DNA of 64,000 bases from an uncultured delta proteobacterium (GTDB taxonomy: Bacteria > Desulfobacterota > Binatia > UBA9968). Below the pieces are notes generated by a model. That model was not told where the DNA came from. It saw only the letters and a program-made list of their open reading frames with translations, and did no database searches. A program made the position numbers and the translations under genes. The stretch covers positions 128,001-192,000 of the forward strand of contig CAVTUQ010000026.1 of NCBI GenBank assembly GCA_963737905.1, given 5' to 3'. Within the stretch, counting starts at the first letter, position 1; each line of letters begins with the position of its first letter. Shown here in pieces: positions 9,444 through 19,343 of the stretch.

Positions 9444-10712
9444 ATGCAGAGAAATTTTCTTAAGGCGCTTGGACCGGGGCTTCTCTGGGCGGGCGCGGCC
9501 GTGGGCGTGTCTCACTTGGTGCAGTCCACTCGTGCCGGCGCAAGCTTCGGCTTGGAACTAGTTGGCCTCGTGATCATCGCCAACGTCTTCAAGTATCCGG
9601 CTTTTTCCTTCGGCCCGCGCTATGCAGCGGCGACCGGCACGAGCCTGCTCGAAGGCTACCGCCGCCAGGGATTGTGGGCGTTGTTGCTCTACGCGATTCT
9701 GACATTGGGCACCATGTTCACCGTTCAGGCTGTCGTCACGCTCGTGACTGCGGCCATCGGGGCGGCGTTGCTGGGATGGAGCGGCTCCGCCGCAGTGGTT
9801 CAACTCACAATTTTTCTCACTGTATTCTGTGCGATACTTCTTTTTGTCGGCCACTACCGATGGCTGGACCGGGTTATCAAACTCGTGGTCCCGCTTTTTA
9901 CCTTCTCCACCTTGGCTGCGACGGCGTTGGTTCTTCCCCGGGTGGATTGGGCGACGATTCGTCTTCTTCCCAGCGCCGGGCTGTTTTCAGATCCCGCGTC
10001 CGTCCTGTTCCTGGTGGCGCTCGTGGGCTGGATGCCCTCCGCCTTCGACATATCGATCTGGCACTCGCTTTGGACCCTCGCGCGTAGGCAGGAAACGCAA
10101 TACGCCGCCACCGTGGACGAAGCGCTCTTGGACTTCAACATCGGCTATCTTGGAACCGCAATCCTGGCGCTTTGTTTCGTCGCGCTGGGGGCAGGCGTCA
10201 TGTATAATTCGGGGGCGCAGTTCCCCGAATCCGCCTCTGGCTTCGCCAATCAAGTTATCGATCTTTACACGAAAACCCTCGGCGCCTGGGCCAAGCCGCT
10301 GATCGGCCTTTCGGCGTTCACCGTGATGTTCTCAACGACCTTGACCGTCATCGACGGTTTCCCCAGGGCGCTGGCGACTCTGGTCTCCCGCTTCAACGAG
10401 CCGGAATTGCCCGACACGGTCTCAGCAATCAACAAGTCTGTGTACTGGATGTCTCTGGTTGTACTCAGTCTGGGCTCGATTGGGATTGTCGGGTTCCTGC
10501 TGAGATCGCTGCTTGCGCTGGTTGATTTGGCGACCGTCCTTTCTTTCCTGACCGCGCCACTCCTGGCCTGGCTCAATCATCAGGTCATTCTAGCCGGAGA
10601 GATGCCCGAAGAGCACCGGCCGGGGCTAGCCATGGTCGTGTATAGCTGGACGGGGATTATTTTTTCAACGGCCTTTGCGTTGTATTTTCTATGGGTGAGA
10701 TGGGGAGGATAA
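9444..10712 (+). CDS. Nramp-related divalent cation/amino-acid transporter
   Basis: LGPGLLWAGAAVGVSHLVQSTRAGA, KYP, LVGWMP, MFSTT..DGFPR; about 11 TM segments. Confidence 0.8.
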   Translation: MQRNFLKALGPGLLWAGAAVGVSHLVQSTRAGASFGLELVGLVIIANVFKYPAFSFGPRYAAATGTSLLEGYRRQGLWALLLYAILTLGTMFTVQAVVTLVTAAIGAALLGWSGSAAVVQLTIFLTVFCAILLFVGHYRWLDRVIKLVVPLFTFSTLAATALVLPRVDWATIRLLPSAGLFSDPASVLFLVALVGWMPSAFDISIWHSLWTLARRQETQYAATVDEALLDFNIGYLGTAILALCFVALGAGVMYNSGAQFPESASGFANQVIDLYTKTLGAWAKPLIGLSAFTVMFSTTLTVIDGFPRALATLVSRFNEPELPDTVSAINKSVYWMSLVVLSLGSIGIVGFLLRSLLALVDLATVLSFLTAPLLAWLNHQVILAGEMPEEHRPGLAMVVYSWTGIIFSTAFALYFLWVRWGG

Positions 10713-10731
10713 CACCCGTGGGTTACGCCGC

Positions 10732-10759
10732 TTGCGCACCCACCCGACGTTGCTATGAT
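10732..10759 (+). promoter_or_regulatory. Possible sigma-70 promoter for the binding-protein gene
   Basis: TTGCGC-16 bp-TATGAT with an extended -10 TG. Confidence 0.35.
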
Positions 10760-10842
10760 ACTTGCATATATTAGATGCGTGATGCCGCACTGTGACTGAT
10801 TCAGCCAGTCACGCAAAAATCGATTTTATTGGAGGAACAAAG

Positions 10843-12030
10843 ATGTCGTTAATTGCCAAGCTGGTCGGATTCCTGGTATTGACCGTGGCTTTAAACTTTT
10901 CCGCTCCAGCGCGGGCGCAGAAGGGCACAATCAAGATCGCCGTGCAGGCGCCGCTCTCCGGCGAGCAGGCGGCGATCGGCGAAAGTATCAAGCTCGGCGC
11001 GCAACTGGGGGTCGAGGAGTCGGTCAAAGCCTTCAAGGCTTTGGGCTATGATCTGGTCCTCGTCCCATACGACGATCAGGCCAAGCCGGAAGTTGGAGTC
11101 GCCAACGCGCGCAACATTATTGCCGATACCAATGTCCTGGTCGTGGTCGGCCACTTCAACTCCGGCGTCGCGCTTCCCGCATCCGAAGTTTACAAAGACG
11201 CCATGCTGGCGATGATCTCGCCGGCAAACACCGCGACGGAAATCACTGACCGCCACTATGCCAATATCAATCGGGTTTGCGGCCGCGACGACGTTCAGGG
11301 TCCCGTCGGCGCGCACTTCGCCGCTCAAGACTTGAAACTGAAATCGGTCTATATCATTCAAGACAAGACGCTCTACGGCCAGGGAGTGGCGGACAACTTT
11401 CGCGCCGAAGCGCAGAAACTCGGCATGAAGATTCTCGGTTACGAAGGCACCGAGGAGCGGGCGAATTTTTCGCCTTTGATTATTCCACTCAAGGCCCGCA
11501 ATCCCGATCTGGTTTATTTCGGCGGCATCTACCATCAGGGCGGGCTGCTCTTAAGGCAGCTCCGCGACCGCGGCGTGAAGGCCAAATACATGGGACCGGA
11601 TGGTTTGGATTCGCCGGAGATGGTCAAGATCGGCGGCGGGGCGGTGACCGGCAGCTATTATACGACCGTCGCCGGCCCGCCGGACGCCTATCCTGAAACC
11701 GCGGCCTTCACCAAGAAATTCAAGCAGCGCTTCGGCCGGGAAGTCGAGTCCTTTGGCATGTACGGCTACGACGCCACGTTGGTGGGCATCAAGGCGATGG
11801 AAGAGTGGATCAAAGCGAACGGCGGCAAGCGGCCGAGCCGCGCCGAGGTCTCCGCCGCCGTGAGGAGCATCAAAAACTTCAAAGGGGTCACCGGGGCGAT
11901 CCAGTTCGACAACAAGGGCGATCCGCTCCAGGCCAAGTACTTTGTGCTCCAATACGAGAAGCCGGTTTATCCGGGAAAAGTCGTCAAAGTCATCGAGCAG
12001 CAACCGCCGTCGGCGCCAAAGAAATCGTAG
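10843..12030 (+). CDS. Branched-chain amino acid ABC transporter substrate-binding protein (LivK/LivJ family)
   Basis: Signal peptide, APLSG, DDQAKP, VVGHFNSG, RVCGRDDVQG, YGYDA; GGAGG RBS. Confidence 0.9.
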   Translation: MSLIAKLVGFLVLTVALNFSAPARAQKGTIKIAVQAPLSGEQAAIGESIKLGAQLGVEESVKAFKALGYDLVLVPYDDQAKPEVGVANARNIIADTNVLVVVGHFNSGVALPASEVYKDAMLAMISPANTATEITDRHYANINRVCGRDDVQGPVGAHFAAQDLKLKSVYIIQDKTLYGQGVADNFRAEAQKLGMKILGYEGTEERANFSPLIIPLKARNPDLVYFGGIYHQGGLLLRQLRDRGVKAKYMGPDGLDSPEMVKIGGGAVTGSYYTTVAGPPDAYPETAAFTKKFKQRFGREVESFGMYGYDATLVGIKAMEEWIKANGGKRPSRAEVSAAVRSIKNFKGVTGAIQFDNKGDPLQAKYFVLQYEKPVYPGKVVKVIEQQPPSAPKKS

Positions 12031-12100
12031 GCTGGCGCAAGCCCGTCTGGGATAGAATAGATCGAAGAGATGGCCAGCAGAGCCGACGTGATTGCCAAAG

Positions 12101-12598
12101 CTATTTGAGGGCGTTAGCCCCAGCCTGTGACACCGGGTCGTCCGCCCCGCCCGACGTTCCGATCGCACCGATGACCTTGCCGTCGACGACGATCGGAATC
12201 CCGCCTGCGGACGCCACCGCTCCGCGCAACGCGAAGGGGGACATGTCTCCTTTAGCGGCCCGGTCGAAGAAGTCCTTACTCGAACGACGGAACAGAGCCG
12301 CCGATTTCGCCTTGTCTTGGGCGATTTGAATGGAAGCATATTGAGTGCCGTCCATTCTCTGGAAATAGACGAGATCGCCGGACGGTTCGACAATGGCGAT
12401 TGCCATTTTCATGCTGCGCTTGCTCGCTTCTGCCATCGCGGCGTCAGCGACTTTTTTTGCCTGCTCGAGCGTGATGGGTGGACCGTAGGGTGTCGTTGGA
12501 GGCGAGGGCGGTGTGGGCGCGACTTGTTGCGCGTTCGCGGCGGCGCCGAGCAGCAGCGCGCTGCAAACCACGAGTGACTTCAAAGTGAGATTCTTCAT
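12101..12598 (-). CDS. GlcG/HbpS family heme-binding protein (secreted)
   Basis: ITLEQAKK, RMDG, AQDKAKSA, GGIPIVVDGKVIGAIGTSG. Confidence 0.88.
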   Translation of the reverse strand: MKNLTLKSLVVCSALLLGAAANAQQVAPTPPSPPTTPYGPPITLEQAKKVADAAMAEASKRSMKMAIAIVEPSGDLVYFQRMDGTQYASIQIAQDKAKSAALFRRSSKDFFDRAAKGDMSPFALRGAVASAGGIPIVVDGKVIGAIGTSGGADDPVSQAGANALK

Positions 12599-12667
12599 GA
12601 GAAATTCCTCCCAAAAAAATTTCCGGCAGAGCGTATCGAATAGCGGGTCACATCATAGTGGGATATC

Positions 12668-12698
12668 GATACTCCGCAGCTTGCTGCGGGGTGATTCA
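12668..12698. repeat. 31 bp palindromic repeat (copy 1)
   Basis: gatactccgcagcttgctgcggggtgattca; 2 mismatches to 15170-15200. Confidence 0.8.
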
Positions 12699-13088
12699 AT
12701 CGGTTCCTACCCAGCCCGCGTTGGAAACGTCGATAACCTGGTTGTCCGGACCCAGACATTTGATTTCGTAATACGACTGGGGCTGAGACGGATCGCTTCG
12801 ATGGACTTCCGTTCTGTCGGTCAGGGGTTTGCCCCCGAGCTGGTTAATCCGGCTAATGGTCGCCTCAACATCGTCCACCTGGAAACCGACGTGGTCGATG
12901 CCCAGCCGAAGGGGTTCGCCGTCCTCTCCGGGCTGGAATTTTAGGACGGCAATGTTGAGATGACCGTCAGTGAGATAGATTCCGTTCTGCCCCAAGCCGA
13001 CTTGCTTCAGGCCGAAGGCGTCTTTATAGAATGCCGCGGTTTTTTCGACGTCTCCGGTTCTAATCGCAATGTGTTTGATCCTGGCCAT
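12696..13088 (-). CDS. VOC/glyoxalase family protein
   Basis: IKHIAI...FYKDAFGL...IDHVGFQVDD...GPDNQVIDV. Confidence 0.88.
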   Translation of the reverse strand: MARIKHIAIRTGDVEKTAAFYKDAFGLKQVGLGQNGIYLTDGHLNIAVLKFQPGEDGEPLRLGIDHVGFQVDDVEATISRINQLGGKPLTDRTEVHRSDPSQPQSYYEIKCLGPDNQVIDVSNAGWVGTD

Positions 13089-13176
13089 AATCTTGTCCTC
13101 CCTGGAACATAGCCGCGACTATTAGCTGGAGGTAACGATCAGGGACGAGCCCTCCGAAGTGGTGAAAACGGACAAG

Positions 13177-13250
13177 GGTTCAAGGTTCAAAGTTCAGTGT
13201 TCAAGGTGCGATACGAATTGAAACGTTGAACCTGGAACATTGAACCTTGA
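13177..13250. repeat. Heptamer tandem inverted repeat (GTTCAAG-like / TTGAACC-like)
   Basis: ggttcaa ggttcaa agttcag tgttcaa ... ttgaaac gttgaac ctggaac attgaac cttga. Confidence 0.75.
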
Positions 13251-13267
13251 GACGTGCTTCGCCGCTC

Positions 13268-13906
13268 TCATTTCTTGTTCCAGAGCGCGGTGATATCGCC
13301 GGCGGTGGCGATATCGAAGAAAGTTTGCTCCATCAATTTCAAAGCCATGTCGTGAAGCTCGCGGTTTCGCGAGCCGACGCAATCTTTCAGAATGACGACA
13401 TCGTATCCCAGATTGCGCGCGCTCCGCGCCGTGCCTTCGACCCCGCCTTCGGTAGCGACGCCGCTAATGAGAATCGTTTTTACCCCTTTGCTCCGCAACA
13501 CGAGATCGAAATCGGTTCCAACGAAGGCATCCGGCCGTCGCTTCTGGAAGACGACATCTTGGGGCTGCGGCTTTAACTCGGCGATGATTTCCTGATCGTG
13601 GGGATTTTCCTTGTCTTGGACCAGTTGATTGGGATCGGTGGCCTTGGCGCGTTTCATGCGGATGCGCACCCAGACCCCGGCCTCTTCTTTCACCACGTCA
13701 AAAGCCGTCTGCACGGAGTAAAAAACCGGTACTCTCACCTTGCGCGCCAACGCGGACAATTCCTGCAGCTTCGGCAGCATCTCTTTGTAGTTGAAGGCGT
13801 TGGGCCCAATCGCGTACTCCATATCCCATATGAGCAACGCGGCCCGCGTTGGATCCACCATTTCCGCCAAATTACTTGGTATCTTCTTTCCTCCGATCTC
13901 AAACAT
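13268..13906 (-). CDS. Isochorismatase/cysteine hydrolase family protein (nucleophile Cys replaced by Gly)
   Basis: ALLIWDM, QKRRPDAFVGTDFDLVLR, GVATEGGVEGTAR. Confidence 0.85.
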   Translation of the reverse strand: MFEIGGKKIPSNLAEMVDPTRAALLIWDMEYAIGPNAFNYKEMLPKLQELSALARKVRVPVFYSVQTAFDVVKEEAGVWVRIRMKRAKATDPNQLVQDKENPHDQEIIAELKPQPQDVVFQKRRPDAFVGTDFDLVLRSKGVKTILISGVATEGGVEGTARSARNLGYDVVILKDCVGSRNRELHDMALKLMEQTFFDIATAGDITALWNKK

Positions 13907-13953
13907 GAGTCACCTCCTATTTGTTCTAATTACACCTTAACTAGATCCCACCT

Positions 13954-14042
13954 CGTCATTCCGGCCAAGCTGGCGACAGCTAGCGCGAGCCGGAATCCAG
14001 GAATTTAAGGACTCCTTGTTTCCCGCTTTCGCGGGAAAGACG
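13954..14042. repeat. CGTC-tagged REP-like palindrome pair
   Basis: cgtcattccggc...gccggaatccag...ttcccgctttcgcgggaaagacg. Confidence 0.75.
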
Positions 14043-14115
14043 GATGGGGGCATTTCGGCCAAAAAGAGTTTGCATGCTGAAAAAAGCCAGTGGCGTGACC
14101 CAATGGGCATAGCCA

Positions 14116-15042
14116 TTACTTGTCTAAGCTCGCCACCGCCTTTTTGTAGAAGCGCTCGTCAACGTATTTCTCGGGTTTCGGCACCGGCGGTTTCATCAAG
14201 CCGGCGGTCTCGCGCAACTGGATCACCGAGCGGATACCCTCCATGTCGATCTGGCTGCGCGGCGTAAAGCCAAATCGTGGGCTCAAGCCTTCGACATACA
14301 TGGCTTCGGCTCTGGCCTTGTTGTTCCGATTTTCGGGGAGAAGAATGGCGATCACTTCTTCCTTATTTTTGGGATTCGTGACCCAATCGGTGGCGCGGAT
14401 CATGGCCCGGGTGAAACGCACGAGCAGATCTTCGTTCTTGTTGGCCCACTCCCGCCGCGTGGCACCGAGTCCTCTTGCGTAGTGCTGGACGTAGTCTTCG
14501 GATTTGGCGAGGACTTTGAAGCCGCGCTTTTCAATCTCGTCGTCGGCGAGGCTCATCATCGCGCCCGACGCGTCGCCGCGGCTCAAAGCGTCCGCTCGGG
14601 CTGCGGTGTTGCCGAAGGCTTTAAAGTTGTAGTCCCTGTTCAACTCTAGACCGTGCTTTTTGAGAATGTAGACGCCGACGATGGCGTAGCCGGTGGTGGG
14701 CGCATCCACGGCAAAGATCTTTCCTTTGAGATCGCTGTAGTCGTTGATGCCGGGCGCCACGATCAGCTTTTGGTTGACGCCACGGCTCCCTCCCAAAAAA
14801 ATGATAAAATCATTCTTCTGGGGATCTTCTCCCTGCCCCTCGGCCCAGGCGATGACGTTGTCGGCGTTGTTGAGGATCAGATCGTATTTCCCGCTGATGA
14901 GATTGCGCAGTAAAGTCGGGGAGTCGGTGACGATGTTGATCTGCACGCGGATATTTTCTTTGTTGAGAAAACCTTTTGCTTGCGCCGCGATGATCACGGC
15001 GTCCTTGTTGAACGAACCAATCTGGATAATATCTTCAGCCAT
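14116..15042 (-). CDS. ABC transporter substrate-binding protein (NMT1/SsuA-like)
   Basis: AQAKGFL, DLKGKIFAVDAPTTGYA, FTRAMIRA. The longer ORF start runs through REP DNA, so the start is set at ATG 15042. Confidence 0.85.
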   Translation of the reverse strand: MAEDIIQIGSFNKDAVIIAAQAKGFLNKENIRVQINIVTDSPTLLRNLISGKYDLILNNADNVIAWAEGQGEDPQKNDFIIFLGGSRGVNQKLIVAPGINDYSDLKGKIFAVDAPTTGYAIVGVYILKKHGLELNRDYNFKAFGNTAARADALSRGDASGAMMSLADDEIEKRGFKVLAKSEDYVQHYARGLGATRREWANKNEDLLVRFTRAMIRATDWVTNPKNKEEVIAILLPENRNNKARAEAMYVEGLSPRFGFTPRSQIDMEGIRSVIQLRETAGLMKPPVPKPEKYVDERFYKKAVASLDK

Positions 15043-15065
15043 AACACACTCCACTTCCCGAAGTC

Positions 15066-15144
15066 CGTCATTCCCGCATAGTCTTAGCGGGAATCCAGGG
15101 GGATGTTCGGACTGGACCCCCGATAGGAACATTCGGGGGTGACG
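15066..15144. repeat. CGTC-tagged REP-like palindrome pair
   Basis: cgtcattcccgc...gcgggaatccag...ctggacccccga...tcgggggtgacg. Confidence 0.75.
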
Positions 15145-15169
15145 ACCTCGCAATAAATTCAATTTTTCT

Positions 15170-15200
15170 GATACCCCGCAGCTTGCTGCGGGGTAATTCA
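15170..15200. repeat. 31 bp palindromic repeat (copy 2)
   Basis: gataccccgcagcttgctgcggggtaattca. Confidence 0.8.
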
Positions 15201-15293
15201 TCACTGTGCAGTTCCGCTCCTTTGACCGGTTAATACAGTTCGCTGATTGTTGTCAATGAGTGAGTACCGCGGCGCAAGTTAAAAACTAGGTGA

Positions 15294-16664
15294 TCACTTG
15301 GCCAGCTTCGGCAGAAAATCTTCCAAACGAATACGTCTCATCACGTCGTCTGGAACCCTAAGCTCGGGTGGAAAATCCGCCATCGGCTTGGTGGCGTCGA
15401 GGCCCATCTTTGCGTTGACGCCGCCGGGACCGGCGGAAGGATCCAGCTCGCTGCCTTGCGCATTGGGGATGACGACGAGGCCGCGATCGGCTTGAAAACG
15501 ATTGGAAACCGCCCAAAGGACTCGCTCTTCGTCGAAGACGTCGATGTCGTCGTCGACGATAACCACGTGTTTCAGTAGCATGTCGGCGGCGAAGGCGGCG
15601 CAGATGGCGTTTTTCGCTTGGCCGGGGGTCCGTTTGGCGATGGAAATATAAGCGTGGAATCGGCAATTGCCGGAGACCGGCATGCAGACGTTCTTCACCG
15701 TAGGAACGCTTTGCCGCACGGCTTTGAGCAGCGCGGCTTCGCGAGGCACGGCGCCCATCAGTTTATGCTCCGTATAGCCGGCGTGAATGTCCTGGAAGAT
15801 ATAATTCTTGCGGTGGGTGACGGCAGTGACTTCGATGACTTGGCGATCGTCGGAATTCACGGCATGACCGGTGAATTCACCGAAGGGTCCCTCCACGCCG
15901 CGCACGTGGGGCAGGATTTTGCCTTCGATAATCATTTCCGCGTCTGCGGGCACCAGAACGGGCACGCTTTTGGCTTTGACCAAGCGCAACGGTTCGTTCA
16001 TCATGCCGCCGATAACGGCGTACTCGTCCTCGTCCGCCGGCGTCAACGCCTGCGCTCCAAGAGAGAAGAGTGGATGTACTCCGATGACGATGGCGATCGG
16101 AAGGGGTTCATTGCGGCCTTCCAGCTTATTGTGCAGGGTCCAAAGGTGCCTGCCGATGGCCATGAAAATTCTAAGCTCGCGCTTGCCTGCCATCATCAAC
16201 CGGTTGTAGCTGGTGTTTCTCACCCCGGTGTCGGGATCGGCCGCGACGACGATGCCGGCAGTAATATAGGGAGCGGCATTGACGTCATAGTGGGTCAAGA
16301 GCGGGATTCCTCTCAGGTCAACTTCATCCCCAAGTTGGATCACCTCGTGAACCGGCCCCTGGCTGACTTCCACCGGCGCAATCGGTTCTGCCTGGCGCTC
16401 GCTGAATCGTCTCGCGAGCTCGTGGGGCTCACATTCAAGGGCCATCGCCATCAACCGCCGGCTGGCCTGGGCATTGATGACCACGGGAGCCCGGCCGCCT
16501 TCGACGGTCTCGAAGTAGAGCAGGGGAAAACGCTTTTTCTTTTCCAGGTGGGTGAGGAGCGCGGAGATTTCATACCGCGCAGAAATGCGTTTCGTGACAC
16601 GGGCGAGATCCTCGGGTGATTTGGTCCCGAGTTCTGCAATAAAGCCGCGTAGTTCTTTCGGCAT
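15294..16664 (-). CDS. UbiD family (prFMN-dependent) decarboxylase
   Basis: YITAG, RNTSYNR, EGPFGEFTGH, VIVDDDIDV, LDPS, KMGLDATKP. Confidence 0.92.
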   Translation of the reverse strand: MPKELRGFIAELGTKSPEDLARVTKRISARYEISALLTHLEKKKRFPLLYFETVEGGRAPVVINAQASRRLMAMALECEPHELARRFSERQAEPIAPVEVSQGPVHEVIQLGDEVDLRGIPLLTHYDVNAAPYITAGIVVAADPDTGVRNTSYNRLMMAGKRELRIFMAIGRHLWTLHNKLEGRNEPLPIAIVIGVHPLFSLGAQALTPADEDEYAVIGGMMNEPLRLVKAKSVPVLVPADAEMIIEGKILPHVRGVEGPFGEFTGHAVNSDDRQVIEVTAVTHRKNYIFQDIHAGYTEHKLMGAVPREAALLKAVRQSVPTVKNVCMPVSGNCRFHAYISIAKRTPGQAKNAICAAFAADMLLKHVVIVDDDIDVFDEERVLWAVSNRFQADRGLVVIPNAQGSELDPSAGPGGVNAKMGLDATKPMADFPPELRVPDDVMRRIRLEDFLPKLAK

Positions 16665-16679
16665 ATAGCGCAATCTTTC

Positions 16680-17747
16680 CTAGAGCCCGTAGGCTGTCCG
16701 CGGGTTGTCATCGAGGATTTTTTTCTTCACTGTATCGCTGACGCCGCCGTTGCTGCGGAAGACTTCGATGGCGTCCACCTCGCTCGAGGCGTCGGTGTGG
16801 CCGTAGTCCGTGCCGATGACGATATTGTCCTCGCCGGCGTACTTTAGCACATAGGGGAAGTCGTCATCGGTCTGCGCAGTAATGTAGATCCTAAACTCTT
16901 TGCAAGGGTTCTTCGGGAATCCTTTGGCGCCGGAACGCCGAACGGCTTCATTGACTACCCAAGGTATCCACTGTGCGGAGGCTTCGACGAACGCCCACCG
17001 CAGTTTGGGAAAGAGCGCGGGCACGTCGCTCATCATCAGCGACAGGCACGTGATCACGGTGGGGATGCGGAACTGGGCGAAGCCGCCCATTTTGTCGTAG
17101 CGCGGTTTGAATTGATCCATGAGTTGAGGACTGCCGTTGGCGATGTGCACGGCGACGGTCATGCCGAGGCGGGTCGCTTCTTCATAGATCGGATAAAAAT
17201 AGGGTTCGACGAGATGCTTGTCATTTTCAAAAGGCCGGAGACTGACGGCGACGGCGCCGTTTTCTCGGGCGAAGCGGATTTGTTGCAGCGCTTCGCTGAT
17301 TGTCATGGCGGGTACGACGCAAGACCAGCGGAGACGATTCTTTCCCTGTTTCCAGACATCCGCCATCCAGCGGTTCCACGACCCGCACAGGGCGATTTCC
17401 GCCTCGGCTTTGTCGGCTACGCGCGCGATCCACATCGTATTGAAGAGAATTTGCACGTCGATGCCGAGTTTGTCCATATGCCGCAAACGCAGCTCCACGT
17501 CGCGGAGCTCGCGGGCATCCGCCGCAGTTTGCAAGGTGCGTCCGGTCGCCTTCGATAGCGCGATAAGCTCTTGCTCGCTCAACGTCGCATTGCGGAAACC
17601 GATGTTTCTGCCGTCTAGAAACCAGTACTGGGCGTTCGGGTTGTCGGCGGATTGAAAAAGTTGGGGACGATATTTTTTTTCGGCAACGTCCAAATAATCC
17701 CAGGTGTGCGCTGTTTCAACTACGTGAGCGTCTGCGTCGATAATCAT
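16680..17747 (-). CDS. Amidohydrolase family protein (Amidohydro_2)
   Basis: IIDADAH, VAVH, FVEA, GTDYGHTD, ILDDNP. Confidence 0.9.
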   Translation of the reverse strand: MIIDADAHVVETAHTWDYLDVAEKKYRPQLFQSADNPNAQYWFLDGRNIGFRNATLSEQELIALSKATGRTLQTAADARELRDVELRLRHMDKLGIDVQILFNTMWIARVADKAEAEIALCGSWNRWMADVWKQGKNRLRWSCVVPAMTISEALQQIRFARENGAVAVSLRPFENDKHLVEPYFYPIYEEATRLGMTVAVHIANGSPQLMDQFKPRYDKMGGFAQFRIPTVITCLSLMMSDVPALFPKLRWAFVEASAQWIPWVVNEAVRRSGAKGFPKNPCKEFRIYITAQTDDDFPYVLKYAGEDNIVIGTDYGHTDASSEVDAIEVFRSNGGVSDTVKKKILDDNPRTAYGL

Positions 17748-17864
17748 GGATTGTTGCTCCTTCCTCCGCTCGGAGATTACCTGATTTTTGAGCCGCACAG
17801 CAATAGCCAAAAGGATTGTCCTTGTGATAGTTTAAAGAGCGAAAGATTTTATCTAGGAGCGATT

Positions 17865-19328
17865 ATGAACGATCTGCAACTGGAACCTCAATGGCGTTAC
17901 GGCGATCTCCGCGAATGGCTGCGCGAAACCGACAAATTGGGTGAGTTGAAGACCGTCCTCGGTGCCTCCTGGCAGGAGGAAATCGGTTTAGCTTCCGACG
18001 TGGTGATTCCGAGTGACGAAGGGCCGGCGGTCCTCTTTGATGAAGTGCCCGGGTCCCCTAAGGGCTTTCGTCTTCTGATCAATGTTTTCGCGGGCAAGCG
18101 GCGCGCGATGACCCTCGGTTTCCCGCAGGGGCTCACCAAGCAGGAACTCAGTCAAGCCTATTTCGATCATTATCAGAAAAAACAGCAGCACATTCCGCCC
18201 GTCATCGTGGAGGACGGGCCGGTTTTTGAAAACGTCCTGACCGGAGACGCCGTAGACATCAGCCGATTTCCAACACCCACCTGGCATGCCAACGATGGTG
18301 GGCGATACATCGGCACCGGCTGCTACTCCGTGACCATGGATCCGGATGAGCGGTGGATTAACGTCGGTTGCTACCGAGCGATGATTCAGGACCAGAGGAG
18401 CGTGAGCCTGCTGATCGTGCCCGGAAAGCATGGCTACATGCATCGGGAAAAATATTTTCGTCGCGGCGAGAAAATGCCGCTGGTGATCGTCGTGGGCGGC
18501 GATCCGTTGTTTTTTTTCATGGCGGGGACAGAGCACCCTTACGGCCTCTGTGAATATGACATCGTTGGCGGGATGCGCCGAAAGCCCGTGGAGCTGGTTC
18601 GCGGCAAGATAACTGGCTTGCCCTTTCCGGCGAGCGCCGAGATCGTTCTCGAAGGGTTCTTGAACAACGACAATCGCAAGAACGAAGGCCCCTTCGGCGA
18701 ATGGACCGGTTACTATGCGTCCGATGAGAGCGCCCAGCCTGTGCTGGAAATCGAAGCCGTTTACCATCGCAACGACCCGATTATCCTTGGTGTGCCGCCG
18801 CTCGGCGGAGGCTCCGACGAGATGGCGCGCTATCGCGCCATCATGCGCTCCGCCATGCTCAAGCATGAATTGCAAAACGCGGGAGTGCCAGATGTCACGC
18901 AGGTTTGGTGTCATGAGGTCGGCGCGTCGCGCATGCTCCACGGTATCGCCATCAAGCAGCGCTATCCCGGCCACGCCAAACAAGCCGGCGTGCTCTCCGC
19001 GAGTTGCGGGTCCACGGTGTACGGATGCAAAATGGTGGTTGTCGTGGACGACGACATCGATGTGTCGAATTTCGAGCAGCTCATGTGGGCGATGGTGACG
19101 CGCTGCGACCCCGCCACGTCCATCGATATTTTGCGGCGTATGCGCACCAGCCCGGCGGACCCGCGTCTCCTGCCCGAGCAGCGGAAGATGAGAGATCTCA
19201 CCAATTCCCGCATGGTGGTGGACGCAACGCGACCCTATGATTGGATGGACAAATTTCCCCGCGTCAATGCGCCCAGCCTGGAGAGCGCCCGCAAAGGACG
19301 AGAGAAATTCGGCTATCTCTTAAAGTGA
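17865..19328 (+). CDS. UbiD family decarboxylase
   Basis: DGGRYIGT, NVGCYR, EGPFGEWTGYY, VVVDDDID, TRCDP; AGGAG RBS before ATG 17865. Confidence 0.92.
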   Translation: MNDLQLEPQWRYGDLREWLRETDKLGELKTVLGASWQEEIGLASDVVIPSDEGPAVLFDEVPGSPKGFRLLINVFAGKRRAMTLGFPQGLTKQELSQAYFDHYQKKQQHIPPVIVEDGPVFENVLTGDAVDISRFPTPTWHANDGGRYIGTGCYSVTMDPDERWINVGCYRAMIQDQRSVSLLIVPGKHGYMHREKYFRRGEKMPLVIVVGGDPLFFFMAGTEHPYGLCEYDIVGGMRRKPVELVRGKITGLPFPASAEIVLEGFLNNDNRKNEGPFGEWTGYYASDESAQPVLEIEAVYHRNDPIILGVPPLGGGSDEMARYRAIMRSAMLKHELQNAGVPDVTQVWCHEVGASRMLHGIAIKQRYPGHAKQAGVLSASCGSTVYGCKMVVVVDDDIDVSNFEQLMWAMVTRCDPATSIDILRRMRTSPADPRLLPEQRKMRDLTNSRMVVDATRPYDWMDKFPRVNAPSLESARKGREKFGYLLK

Positions 19329-19343
19329 CTCTATTGAAGCTCA

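Noticed and set aside
15043-15204. N-terminal extension of the binding protein (MMNYPAASCGVS...)
   Set aside because: It is a translation of the REP palindromes, not a real leader.
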